The notes under the pieces: generated by a model
Seen by the model: the letters and a program-made list of their open reading frames with translations, nothing else
Told to the model about the DNA's origin: nothing
Database searches by the model: none
Translations under genes and position numbers: made by a program
Part shown: positions 25,091 through 34,108 of the stretch, piece by piece
How positions within the stretch are numbered: the stretch's first letter is position 1
Layout of the letters: each line of letters opens with the position of its first letter
Origin: Candidatus Eiseniibacteriota bacterium
GTDB lineage: Bacteria > Eisenbacteria > RBG-16-71-46
Assembly: GCA_036507005.1 (NCBI GenBank)
Contig: DASXQT010000075.1
Coordinates: 37,178 to 101,177 of the forward strand
Reading direction: 5' to 3'
Length of the DNA stretch: 64,000 nucleotides

Positions 25091-25627
25091 CTACTTGTTC
25101 TCGGTCGCCGCCGCCGCCGCGCTCTGCATCGCGCTCATGGACAGCGTCTCCTGGTGGTACATGGCCATCCACTTGCCGCCGCGCATCACGTAGACGCTCG
25201 AGCAGTAGACCGGCCCCGCGGGCATCGGCTGGCCCTTGTACGTGGCCGTCGCGTTCGTGGTGTAGGTGAGGACCGCGGCGTCCTTGTCCAGCTTGACGAT
25301 CTTGAAATCCGAGAGCGTGTAGCTCTGCACCGCGTAGTCCTTCATCATGGACTCCATGTCCTTGGAGCTCGTGAGCCCGTTCATGTCGACCGACATCGCG
25401 TCCGGCGCCATCGTTTCCGAGAAGGCTTTGAAGTCCTGGGCCTTGAACGCCTCCCAGCCCTTGCGCTCGATCGCCTCGAGCTTCTGCTGGAGCGCGGCGT
25501 CGCCCTTCATGGAGGTGGACGACATTCCGGACATCTTCTCGTCACCCGACGCCGGGGACGTGCGAGCGGCCAGCGAGCCCGCCGCCAGCGCACAGAGCAC
25601 AGCGACCGCGAATCCCATCTTCCGCAT
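25091..25627 (-). CDS. secreted hypothetical protein (SnoaL/NTF2-like fold suspected)
   Basis: RBS AGGAGG. Signal peptide MRKMGFAVAVLCALAAGSLAA. 178 aa. Convergent with ogt. Confidence 0.55.
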   Translation of the reverse strand: MRKMGFAVAVLCALAAGSLAARTSPASGDEKMSGMSSTSMKGDAALQQKLEAIERKGWEAFKAQDFKAFSETMAPDAMSVDMNGLTSSKDMESMMKDYAVQSYTLSDFKIVKLDKDAAVLTYTTNATATYKGQPMPAGPVYCSSVYVMRGGKWMAMYHQETLSMSAMQSAAAAATENK

Positions 25628-25825
25628 GTTGGTGTCCTCCTCGTGTTGGACCGTTCACCACCGATCGCGCGCGGCGCGAGGCGCCGACGCACCGATCGAA
25701 AGCACTGCAGGTGGGGCAGACTACTCTTTCGCTCGCCCCCGGGGTCAAGCCGCTGTGATTTTCTGGCCCCGGCCCTTGATTTCCCGGCACTCCACGGCTA
25801 CACTGTGTTCAGCAAGTCGCAGCGA

Positions 25826-25862
25826 TTCCCTTTAACGCGGCCCGGCGAGGTCGCAAAGGAGA
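25826..25862 (+). promoter_or_regulatory. candidate PyrR-binding RNA element overlapping the pyrB RBS
   Basis: cccTTTAAcgcggcCCGGCGAGGtcgcAAAGGAGag resembles the PyrR binding-loop consensus (UUUAA ... CCAGAGAGG ... AAAGG). It can fold as a CCUUU/AAAGG stem enclosing a GCGGCC/GGUCGC hairpin that sequesters the RBS. Confidence 0.3.
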
Positions 25863-25866
25863 GCGA

Positions 25867-26862
25867 ATGAATCGCACGAGCCTGATCGACGCAGCCCCGG
25901 CGCCTCCCGGCGCGGGGGCTTTTTTGCAGGCGCGCGACCCGCGCCACCTGCTCGGGCTCGAAGGCCTCCCGCGCGAGACCCTGCTCGGCCTGCTCGATTC
26001 GGCCGCCCGCTACCGCGAGCATCTGCGGACGCCGCGCTGGACCTCGGACGAGCTGCGCGGCATTGCAGTCTGCAACGCCTTCTTCGAGGACTCGACCCGC
26101 ACCCGGCTCTCCTTCGAGCTGGCCGAGCAGCGCCTGGGCGCGATCCACACCACCTTCACGGTCTCCGGCTCCTCGCTCTCCAAGGGCGAGACCATGCTCG
26201 ACACCCTCAAGGTGCTGACCGCGATGCACGTCGACCTGATCGTGGTGCGCCACCGCTCGGCGGGCTCGTCGGCGTTCCTCGCCCGCCACCTCGAGGCCGG
26301 CGTGATCAACGCCGGCGACGGCGAGCACGAGCACCCCACCCAGGGCCTGCTCGACCTCCTCACGCTCTCCGACGCCTGGAGCGGGCGCTTCGAGGGCCGG
26401 CGCCTCGCGATCGTGGGCGACATCGCGCACTCGCGCGTGGCGCGCTCGGCGATCTTCGGGACCCTCGCGCTGGGCGCGGAGGTCGTGATCGCCGGACCGG
26501 CCACGCTGGTCCCGGCCGAAGCCGAATCGCTCGGCTGCGCGGTGGCCACGACGGTGGAGGAGGCCCTGCACGGCGCGGACGGCGTGATCGCGCTCCGCCT
26601 GCAACGCGAACGGATGGAGAGCGGGCTCCTCGCCTCGCTCGGCGAGTACAGCCGGGTGTGGGGGATCACGCGCGAGCGCATCGCCCTGATGCACCCGGGC
26701 GCGGTCGTGCTCCACCCCGGCCCCATGAACCGCGGGGTCGAGATCGCCCCCGACGTCGCCGACGGCGGCGAGTCGCGGGTCTTGAGGCAGGTCGAGAACG
26801 GACTGGCGGTGCGGTGCGCGGTGCTCGCGCGCTCGGCCGCCGCACTCACGGAGGGGTCATGA
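25867..26862 (+). CDS. pyrB: aspartate carbamoyltransferase catalytic subunit
   Basis: RBS AAGGAG. STRTR and HPTQ motifs. 331 aa. Confidence 0.9.
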   Translation: MNRTSLIDAAPAPPGAGAFLQARDPRHLLGLEGLPRETLLGLLDSAARYREHLRTPRWTSDELRGIAVCNAFFEDSTRTRLSFELAEQRLGAIHTTFTVSGSSLSKGETMLDTLKVLTAMHVDLIVVRHRSAGSSAFLARHLEAGVINAGDGEHEHPTQGLLDLLTLSDAWSGRFEGRRLAIVGDIAHSRVARSAIFGTLALGAEVVIAGPATLVPAEAESLGCAVATTVEEALHGADGVIALRLQRERMESGLLASLGEYSRVWGITRERIALMHPGAVVLHPGPMNRGVEIAPDVADGGESRVLRQVENGLAVRCAVLARSAAALTEGS

Positions 26863-28193
26863 ACGGCGCCACGGTGATCCGGAACGCCCGTCACTGGCGG
26901 ACGGGGGAGAGCATCGACCTCGCCTTCGACCGCGGCGTGATCCTGGCCTCGCCGCTGCGCGACGGATCGCGGGTCCTGGACGCGCGCGGCCTGGTGCTCG
27001 CCCCGGGGCTCGTGGACCTCCACGTGCACCTGCGCGAGCCCGGCCAGTCGGCGCGCGAGACCATCGAGCACGGCACGCGCGCGGCCGCGGCGGGGGGCTT
27101 CACGGCGGTGGCGTGCATGCCCAACACCGAGCCGGTGCTGGATTCGGCGGCCTGGATCGAGTGGGTGCGGTCCCGCGCCGAGGCGCGCGGCTACTGCCGC
27201 GTGCACCCGATCGGGGCGGTCACGGTGGGGCAGAAGGGCGAGCAGCTCACCGAGTTCTCGGCCCTCCAGTCGGCGGGCGCGGTGGCGCTCTCGGACGACG
27301 GCCGGCCGATCATGAGCGCTTCGGTGATGCGCCGCGCGCTCGAGCACGCCCGCGCCCTCGGGCTCCCCATCGTGGCCCACGAGGAGGATCTCACCCTCTC
27401 GGGCGAGGGGCAGGTGAACGAGGGGCGGGTCGCCACGCGGCTCGGGCTGCGCGGCCTGCCGGCCGCGGCCGAGAGCGTGATGGCGCGGCGCGACGTCGAG
27501 CTGGCGGCGCTCACCGGCGGCCACGTCCACCTCGCGCACCTCTCGTGCGCCGGGGCGCTCGACGCGCTGCGCGACGCGCGCGAGCGCGGGCTCCCGGTGA
27601 CGGGCGAGACCTGCCCGCACTACTGGACGCTCACCGAGGAGGCGGTCGGCGACTACGACACCCACGCGAAGATGAAGCCGCCGCTCCGCTCGGAGCGCGG
27701 CCGCGCCGCGGTGATCGCGGCGATCCGCGACGGCGTGATCGACTGCCTCGCCACCGACCACGCGCCTCACACCCAGGAGGACAAGCGCCAGCCCTTCGAT
27801 CACGCCCCGTTCGGGATCGTGGGGCTCGAGACCGCGCTCGCCCTCACGATCACCCACCTGGTGCGGCCGGGCCACGTGCCGCTCGCGCGCGCGCTCGAGC
27901 TGTGGACCGAGGCGCCGCGGCGGGTGTTCGGGCTGCCCGAGGTGAGGCTCGAAGCCGGCTTCCCCGCCGACCTCGTGCTGATCGATCCCGAGGTGGAGTG
28001 GGTCGTCGAGCCCGCGGCGTTCCAGTCGAAGGGGCGCAACACGCCGTTCGCGGGCTGGACGCTCGCGGGCCGCGCGCTCGCCACCATCTGCGACGGCGAG
28101 ATCACGCACCTCGATTCGGGGCTCGTGGTCGAGGGCGCAGGCTCGAGGCGGCGGGAGGCCTTCCGCCCGGACTCGGTCGCCACGCCTCGGTAA
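26859..28193 (+). CDS. pyrC: dihydroorotase
   Basis: ATGA overlap with the pyrB stop. DLHVHLREPG metal-binding motif; 444 aa amidohydrolase. Confidence 0.9.
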   Translation: MNGATVIRNARHWRTGESIDLAFDRGVILASPLRDGSRVLDARGLVLAPGLVDLHVHLREPGQSARETIEHGTRAAAAGGFTAVACMPNTEPVLDSAAWIEWVRSRAEARGYCRVHPIGAVTVGQKGEQLTEFSALQSAGAVALSDDGRPIMSASVMRRALEHARALGLPIVAHEEDLTLSGEGQVNEGRVATRLGLRGLPAAAESVMARRDVELAALTGGHVHLAHLSCAGALDALRDARERGLPVTGETCPHYWTLTEEAVGDYDTHAKMKPPLRSERGRAAVIAAIRDGVIDCLATDHAPHTQEDKRQPFDHAPFGIVGLETALALTITHLVRPGHVPLARALELWTEAPRRVFGLPEVRLEAGFPADLVLIDPEVEWVVEPAAFQSKGRNTPFAGWTLAGRALATICDGEITHLDSGLVVEGAGSRRREAFRPDSVATPR

Positions 28194-28499
28194 TCCCGCG
28201 CGCGGTTGCGGCTGGGACCTCACCGCCACGCGGGCAAGCGCGCTCGTCAGGCCGGGGAAGCCCGTGCTACCCTGCCCTGGCTTCCCGAAACAGGATGCGG
28301 TGCCCGTGCGCCTGCCGATACCCGCGGGGGGCGCTGCGGGCGGCGAACCCGGATTCGGCCGAGGAGCGGCCGGCGCTCCTCCCGCCTCGGACCTGCGGCT
28401 GCCATCGGCCGGGCGACCGCGGGCCTCCACGGCCACAGCGAGCGCTCCCTCGACGATGGATCGGAGGAATCCCCGGAGCCGGGGTATGGAACGACGGCG

Positions 28500-30794
28500 A
28501 TGCGAATGAGGGCGCAACTCCCAGGGCCGGGCCGGCGGGCGGGTACGCCCCGCCCTCCCGGCGCGCGCGCCTTCGCACTCCGGCTCGCCGCGCTGGCCGC
28601 GGCGCTGGCCGCGCTCTCCTCCTGCGCCTACTACAACACCTACTACCTGGCGCGGAAGTACTACTACCGCGGCACCAGCGGCGAGCCCTACTCGGTGGAA
28701 GGCCCGTCTCAGGCGAACGCCTCGCAGTTCAACAAGGCGATCGACTACTCCAAGAAGGTGCTGGCGCAGTATCCCAAGTCGAAGTGGGTGGACGACGCCT
28801 ACCTGATGTGGGCGCGCTCGCTGCTCGGCAGGGACGACCCGATCCAGACCGTGAACATGCTTCAGGACTTCACCACGCGCTTCCCCAAGAGTCCGCTGGG
28901 CTCGGAGGCGATGTTCTACCTGGGCGTGGCCAACCGCCAGGCGCGGCGCTATGCGGATGCGCTCACCGCGCTCGACGAGTTCCTGCGCCGCGCTCCGCGC
29001 CACGCGCTCGCGCCCCACGCGTACCTCGAGCGCGCGCGCACCTTGGTGGCGCTCGAGCGCCCGGCGGAGGCGGCGGAGGCCGCCACCCGGCTGCTCGAGC
29101 GCTATCCCAAGAGCCCGCTCGTGCCCCGGGCGCTCGCCCTGCGCGCGGAGGCGCGGCTCGCCAACGGCGACTACGAGCTGGCGCGCGCCGACTTCCACGC
29201 CCTGGGCACGCGGGCGCTGAGCGACGAGGAACGCCTCGGGTTCCTCCTGCGCGAGGCGGATTGCATCGAGGCCGCCCGCCAGTACGAGAAGGAGCTGGCC
29301 CTGCTGCGCGACGCGCTCTCGCACGAGCACGAGCCCGTGGCGCCCGACACCACCGGCGGGAAGCCCGCCGTCGGGCCCACCACGCCGGCCGCGCAGCACT
29401 GGGGGCGCCTCATGCTGCGCGTCGGCAGCGCCCAGCTCCTGGCGGGGCGCGTCCCCGATGCGCTCTCGGCCTACGAGCGCGTGGTCCACGCGTATCCCAA
29501 GACCGAGCTGGGCGCCGAGGCGCAGTACCGGCAGGGGTTCGCCTACGAAACCGCGGCCGAGGACTTCGACAAGGCGCGCGACCAGTACCGGAAGGTCCGG
29601 GACCATCTGGCCTCGGGGCCGTCCTTCAACCTCGCCTCCGAGCGGCTGGGCAATCTCGACCGGCTCGCCCAGTACCGCAAGGCGGGCGGCGACTCGCTGC
29701 AGAAGGGAGCCGAGGCGGATTTCCTCCTCGCCGAGCTGTACCTGTTCACGCACGACAAGCCCGAGCGCGCGCTCGAGGAGTACCGCCGCATCGCGAAGAC
29801 CTATCGAGGCACGCCGTACGCGGCCAAGGCGATGAATGCCGAGGCCTGGGTGCTGAGCCGGAAGCTGGACCGCAAGGCCGAGGCCGAGAGCCTGTTCTGG
29901 CGGGTGGTGCGCGAGTATCCCGCGACCGACGAGCAGCTCGCCGCGCGCGATTACCTGGAGATCGCCGGGCAGAAGGTGCCGGACAAGCTCATCAAGCGGC
30001 CGGCGCCCAAGCCGCCTCCGAAGCCCGCGCCGCGCGACACGCTGGGGCAGGCGCCCGCGCCACGCGACACGCTGCCGAAGGCGCCGGCGCCCCAGGCGCC
30101 GGCCGTCCTGGGTCCCGCGGTCCGCCCGCCGCTCGTCGCCGGTCCCGACTCGCTGCGGCTCGGGATCCGGCATCCGGGCGTGGGCCTGCAGGTGCCGGCC
30201 GGACCCGTGCCGTTCCCGGTCCCGCCGCCCACGCGGTCCGCAGGCGACAGCGGCGCGACTCGCGACACCGCCACCGCGCGCAGAGTCGCGCCGCCCGACA
30301 CGGCGGCCCGGCGCGCGCCGGTGCTTCCGGCGGCCCGGGACACGGCGCCTGCTCGCCCGCGATTCGGCCTGCCGCGGCCCACCCCGGCGCCGTGGACGGT
30401 CGCGCGCGACACGGCGCGTTCGATCGCGCGCGCGGACAGCGTGCGGCGTCCCGCGGCGCGCGACACGGGGCGCTCGGCGGCGCGGCCGGACACGGCGCGG
30501 CGGGCGATGGTGCGCGACACGGTGCGCTCGATCGCGCGCGCGGACAGCGTTCGGCGTCCCGCCATGCGCGACACGGCGCGGCGGGCGATGGTGCGCGACA
30601 CCTCGCGCTCGGCGGCGCGGCCGGACACGGCGCATCGCGTCGCGGCGAAGCGCGCGCCGCGCGACACGGCGCACGCCGCGCGGCCCGATACCACGCGGCG
30701 GCGCACCGGCAAGCCGGCGCGCCGAGACACCACGCATTCGGGCGCCCGGCCGGATACCGCGGCCCCGGCGCCCGCGCGCGACACGAGGGAGTGA
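28500..30794 (+). CDS. TPR-repeat lipoprotein with Arg/Asp/Thr-rich repetitive disordered C-terminal tail
   Basis: ATG 28500. Lipoprotein signal ...LAALAAALAALSSC|AYY. BamD/YfiO-like TPR repeats through about residue 500. Then a Pro-rich linker and a tail of ARDTARSIARADSVRRPAARDTGRSAARPDTARRAMVRDT... repeats. Confidence 0.7.
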   Translation: MRMRAQLPGPGRRAGTPRPPGARAFALRLAALAAALAALSSCAYYNTYYLARKYYYRGTSGEPYSVEGPSQANASQFNKAIDYSKKVLAQYPKSKWVDDAYLMWARSLLGRDDPIQTVNMLQDFTTRFPKSPLGSEAMFYLGVANRQARRYADALTALDEFLRRAPRHALAPHAYLERARTLVALERPAEAAEAATRLLERYPKSPLVPRALALRAEARLANGDYELARADFHALGTRALSDEERLGFLLREADCIEAARQYEKELALLRDALSHEHEPVAPDTTGGKPAVGPTTPAAQHWGRLMLRVGSAQLLAGRVPDALSAYERVVHAYPKTELGAEAQYRQGFAYETAAEDFDKARDQYRKVRDHLASGPSFNLASERLGNLDRLAQYRKAGGDSLQKGAEADFLLAELYLFTHDKPERALEEYRRIAKTYRGTPYAAKAMNAEAWVLSRKLDRKAEAESLFWRVVREYPATDEQLAARDYLEIAGQKVPDKLIKRPAPKPPPKPAPRDTLGQAPAPRDTLPKAPAPQAPAVLGPAVRPPLVAGPDSLRLGIRHPGVGLQVPAGPVPFPVPPPTRSAGDSGATRDTATARRVAPPDTAARRAPVLPAARDTAPARPRFGLPRPTPAPWTVARDTARSIARADSVRRPAARDTGRSAARPDTARRAMVRDTVRSIARADSVRRPAMRDTARRAMVRDTSRSAARPDTAHRVAAKRAPRDTAHAARPDTTRRRTGKPARRDTTHSGARPDTAAPAPARDTRE
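30405..30640. repeat. nested direct repeats (units of about 64, 29 and 22 bp, roughly 90% identical copies) encoding the RDT-repeat tail
   Basis: cgcgacacggcgcgttcgatcgcgcgcgcggacagcgtgcggcgtcccgc... recurs 115 bp later. gcgctcggcggcgcggccggacacggcgc and ggcgggcgatggtgcgcgacac are each duplicated. Confidence 0.6.
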
Positions 30795-30800
30795 TCCCCG

Positions 30801-31673
30801 ATGGCCGAGCTGGCTCTCTGGACACAGGCCCGGGCCACGGTCGCGCGCCATCTCGACTACGGCGCGGGCCACCGCTGGCTCGACCTCGACCTTCCCGACC
30901 CTTTCGCGGCTCCCGAGCCCGGCCAGTTCGTGCAGCTCCTGCTCGCCCCGCCCTCGCCCGTTCTGCTGCCGCGGCCGATGAGCGTCGCCGCGGTGGGCCC
31001 GGGCGCGGGCGGGCTCACGCTCGGCTTCCTCTACGCGGCGGTCGGAAGCGGGACGCGCGCGCTCGCGGCGCTCGCGCCGGGAGCCGGAGTGGACGTGCTG
31101 GGCCCGCTCGGCCGCGGCTTCCCGCTCTCGCGCCCCGGCACGCCCGTGCTGGTCGCGGGCGGCCGCGGGGTGGCGCCGCTGCTGTTCGCCGCTGCGGCGC
31201 TGGCGCGCGCGGGACGGCGGAGCGAGTTCCTGTTCGGTGCGCGCGATCGTGCGCGGCTCGTGGGGCTCGATCGGGCGCGCGCGGAGATCGCGGCGATGGG
31301 CGGCCGGCTCCACCTCTCGACCGACGACGGAAGCGAGGGCGAAGAGGGCGACGTGGTGCACCTGCTCGACCGGCTCGCGCCCGGCTTCCGCGCGCCGCTC
31401 GTGATCCACGCCTGCGGCCCGCACGCGATGCTCAAGGCGGTGGCGGAGTGGAGCGCCCGGGGCGGCGCCGAGGCGCACGTGGCGATGGAGTCGGTGATGG
31501 CGTGCGGCACCGGGGTGTGCCGCGGCTGCCCGCTCCCGCGCAGCGCCGGGGCGCGCGCCGCGTTCCGGAACGGCGACACTCCCTCGCTGCTCGGCAACCG
31601 CGAGTTCGCGATGTGCTGCACCGAGGGGCCGGTGTTCGAGGCGCGCGCGCTCGACTGGGAGCGCATCGAATGA
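30801..31673 (+). CDS. pyrK: dihydroorotate dehydrogenase electron-transfer subunit
   Basis: 290 aa. FAD/NAD-binding ferredoxin-reductase fold and the C-terminal 2Fe-2S Cys cluster CGTGVCRGC. Confidence 0.85.
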   Translation: MAELALWTQARATVARHLDYGAGHRWLDLDLPDPFAAPEPGQFVQLLLAPPSPVLLPRPMSVAAVGPGAGGLTLGFLYAAVGSGTRALAALAPGAGVDVLGPLGRGFPLSRPGTPVLVAGGRGVAPLLFAAAALARAGRRSEFLFGARDRARLVGLDRARAEIAAMGGRLHLSTDDGSEGEEGDVVHLLDRLAPGFRAPLVIHACGPHAMLKAVAEWSARGGAEAHVAMESVMACGTGVCRGCPLPRSAGARAAFRNGDTPSLLGNREFAMCCTEGPVFEARALDWERIE

Positions 31674-32752
31674 GCCCGCGCCGCGTGACGGCGGGGACCG
31701 TCGGCAGGGGCGCGCGGGGCGCCAAGCCCGGCGCGCCGCGGCTCGGCGCTTCGCGTGCCCCCGGGCCCGACGGCACCGGGCTCGACCTGTCGGTGCGGAT
31801 CGGGCCCGCGAGGCTCGCGAACCCGGTGCTCACCGCCTCCGGCACCTTCGGCTACGGCGACGAGTACGCCCACGTCGTGGATCCGGCGCGGCTCGGCGCC
31901 GTGATCACCAAGACCGTGACGCTCGCGCCGCGTGCCGGGAATCCCCCGCAGCGCATCGCGGAGACCGCGGGCGGCATGCTCAACTCGATCGGCCTCGAGA
32001 ACGTCGGGCTCGAGCGCTTCCGAAGCGAGAAGCTGCCGCGCCTGCGCGCGCTCGGCGCGGTCGTCATCGCCTCGATCGGCGGCGAGACGCCGCGCGATCT
32101 CGAGCGCCTGCTCGAGGCGCTGGGCGCGGAGCCCGGCGTGGCGGGCTTCGAGATCAACTTCTCCTGCCCCAACGTGGCGCGCGGGGGCGCGCGCTACTGG
32201 GCGGTGCCGCGGAGGCTCGAGCGCACGCTCGCGCGCCTGCGCCCGCTCACCCGCGCCGCGCTGGTCGCCAAGCTCTCGCCCGACGTCACCTCGATGGCCG
32301 ACCTGGCCGTGGCGTGCGAGCAGGGCGGAGCGGACGCGCTGACCGCGGTCAACACCTTCGTGGGGATGGCGGTGGACCTCGAGGCCATGGGGTCCAGGCT
32401 CGGGCGCGCGACCGGCGGGCTCTCGGGCCCCGCGACCAAGCCGCTCGCCCTCGCGCGCTGCCACGAGGCCGCCGCGGCGGTGCGCATCCCGGTGATCGGC
32501 TCGGGCGGGATCATGAGCGGGCGCGACGCGCTCGAGTTCATCGCCGTGGGCGCCGCCGCGGTCCAGGTCGGGACCCTGTCGTTCGTGCGCCCGCAGGCGG
32601 CGCTCGAGGTGCTGGAGGAGATGCGCGAGCTGCTCGCGAAGCGCGGGATCCGGAGCCTCGACGAGTGGCGCGGCTGCCTCGCGGGCCTGGAGCGAGGCGA
32701 TCGCGACGCGCGAGCGGTCGCGGCGCCTGCGCGCGCGGTGCGGCGCGCGTGA
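31670..32752 (+). CDS. pyrD: dihydroorotate dehydrogenase catalytic subunit (class 1B)
   Basis: ATGA overlap with the pyrK stop. LANPVLTASGTFGYGDEY ... GGIMSGRDALEFIAVGAAAVQVGT. Confidence 0.9.
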   Translation: MSPRRVTAGTVGRGARGAKPGAPRLGASRAPGPDGTGLDLSVRIGPARLANPVLTASGTFGYGDEYAHVVDPARLGAVITKTVTLAPRAGNPPQRIAETAGGMLNSIGLENVGLERFRSEKLPRLRALGAVVIASIGGETPRDLERLLEALGAEPGVAGFEINFSCPNVARGGARYWAVPRRLERTLARLRPLTRAALVAKLSPDVTSMADLAVACEQGGADALTAVNTFVGMAVDLEAMGSRLGRATGGLSGPATKPLALARCHEAAAAVRIPVIGSGGIMSGRDALEFIAVGAAAVQVGTLSFVRPQAALEVLEEMRELLAKRGIRSLDEWRGCLAGLERGDRDARAVAAPARAVRRA

Positions 32753-33462
32753 GCGAGATCGCGATCGCCTACGACGTCGGCTCGCTCGCCGAGGCGCTTG
32801 CGCTCGACGAGCGCCTCGGGCCGGGCCCCGAGATCGCCAAGGTCGGGCTCGAGCTCTTCACCGCGGCCGGCCCCGAGGCGGTGCACGCGCTCGCGGGCCG
32901 CGGCCGGCGCGTGTTCCTCGACCTCAAGCTGCACGACATCCCGAACACGGTGCGGGGCGCCGCCACCGCGGCCGCACGGCTCGGGGCGGAGCTCCTGACC
33001 GTGCACGCGATGGGCGGCGGCGAGATGCTGCGCGCCGCGGTCGAGGGCGCCGCGAAGGGCGGCGGGAGGACCGGCGTGATCGCGGTCACCGTGCTCACCA
33101 GCCTCAACGCGTTCAACGCCCCGCCGGGGTTCACGAGCCCGCTCTGGGTCCCGACGGTCGCCGGGCAGCTGCTCGAGCTGGCCGAGCGCTCGGGAGCGCG
33201 CGGCATCGTGTGCGCGGCGGGCGACCTCGCGGCCCTGCGCGGCATGCATCGCGCGCCGTTCTACGCGGTCACGCCCGGGATCCGGCCGGCCGGCTCCCCG
33301 GCCCACGATCAGAAGCGGGTCGCGACGGTGGCTGAGGCGGTGCGCCTGGGGGCGAGCCTGATCGTGCTCGGCCGCGCCGTGACCGCGGCCGCCGACCCGC
33401 GGGTGGCGCTCGAGGCCGCGCGCGCCGAATGCGATGCGGCAGCGGCGCTGGCGCAAACCTAG
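32749..33462 (+). CDS. pyrF: orotidine 5'-phosphate decarboxylase
   Basis: GTGA overlap with the pyrD stop. FLDLKLHDIPNTV motif. Confidence 0.85.
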   Translation: MSEIAIAYDVGSLAEALALDERLGPGPEIAKVGLELFTAAGPEAVHALAGRGRRVFLDLKLHDIPNTVRGAATAAARLGAELLTVHAMGGGEMLRAAVEGAAKGGGRTGVIAVTVLTSLNAFNAPPGFTSPLWVPTVAGQLLELAERSGARGIVCAAGDLAALRGMHRAPFYAVTPGIRPAGSPAHDQKRVATVAEAVRLGASLIVLGRAVTAAADPRVALEAARAECDAAAALAQT

Positions 33463-33511
33463 CGGGCGCTTGAGTTTGACAGCGGCCCAGCCAAGGGGGT
33501 AGCGGTCGGGA

Positions 33512-34108
33512 ATGAACACGGCCCCGCGGCGTACCGAGTGGATGGAGCCCGGAGAGGAGTCCGACCGGGTTCGCGAGGCGCAGGGCGGCAACACCCAGGC
33601 CTTCGGCCGGATCGTGCGCTGCTACCAGCGCGCCGTCCATCGCGTGGCCTACGGCGTGACGCGCAACGTGGGCGACGCCGACGACGTGACGCAGGAGACG
33701 TTCCTGCGCGCATGGCAGGCGATCGGGCGGTTCCGCGTGGGCGAGCCGCTCTACCCGTGGCTCGCGCGCATCGCGCTGAACGTCTCGTTCTCGCTGCTGC
33801 GGCGCCGCAAGCGGCGGCCCGAGACCGCGCTCGAGCCGCTGGTCGAGGCCGGAGCGCAGTGGTCCGGGTCGGACGATCCGGTCGAGAACGCGGCCGCGGG
33901 CGAGCGGGACGAGAGGATCGCGAGGGCCTACGCCGGGCTCTCGGAGGAGCACCGCGCGGTGCTGGCGCTGCGCGTGGTGGAGGACCTCTCGTACGAGGAG
34001 ATCGCGCGCACGCTGCGGATTCCCGTGGGCACCGTGATGTCGCGGCTGTCGCGGGCGCGCGCGGAGCTGAGGTCCCGCCTCGGGACCGTGACCGGGGAGA
34101 GCCAGTGA
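33512..34108 (+). CDS. ECF (sigma-70 family) RNA polymerase sigma factor
   Basis: Region 2 (DADDVTQETFLRAWQAIGRF) and region 4 (LSYEEIARTLRIPVGTVMSRLSRAR). A TTGACA-N17-TAGCGG promoter-like sequence lies at 33475-33505. Confidence 0.85.
   Translation: MNTAPRRTEWMEPGEESDRVREAQGGNTQAFGRIVRCYQRAVHRVAYGVTRNVGDADDVTQETFLRAWQAIGRFRVGEPLYPWLARIALNVSFSLLRRRKRRPETALEPLVEAGAQWSGSDDPVENAAAGERDERIARAYAGLSEEHRAVLALRVVEDLSYEEIARTLRIPVGTVMSRLSRARAELRSRLGTVTGESQ

Noticed and set aside
26010-32752. 1822-aa antisense ORF 26010..31478 and the 1879-aa + ORF 27113..32752
   Set aside because: The first is an artefact opposite pyrB, pyrC, the lipoprotein gene and pyrK. Only the last 360 codons of the second (pyrD, from ATG 31670) are real; the rest is an Arg-rich out-of-frame read through pyrC, the lipoprotein gene and pyrK.
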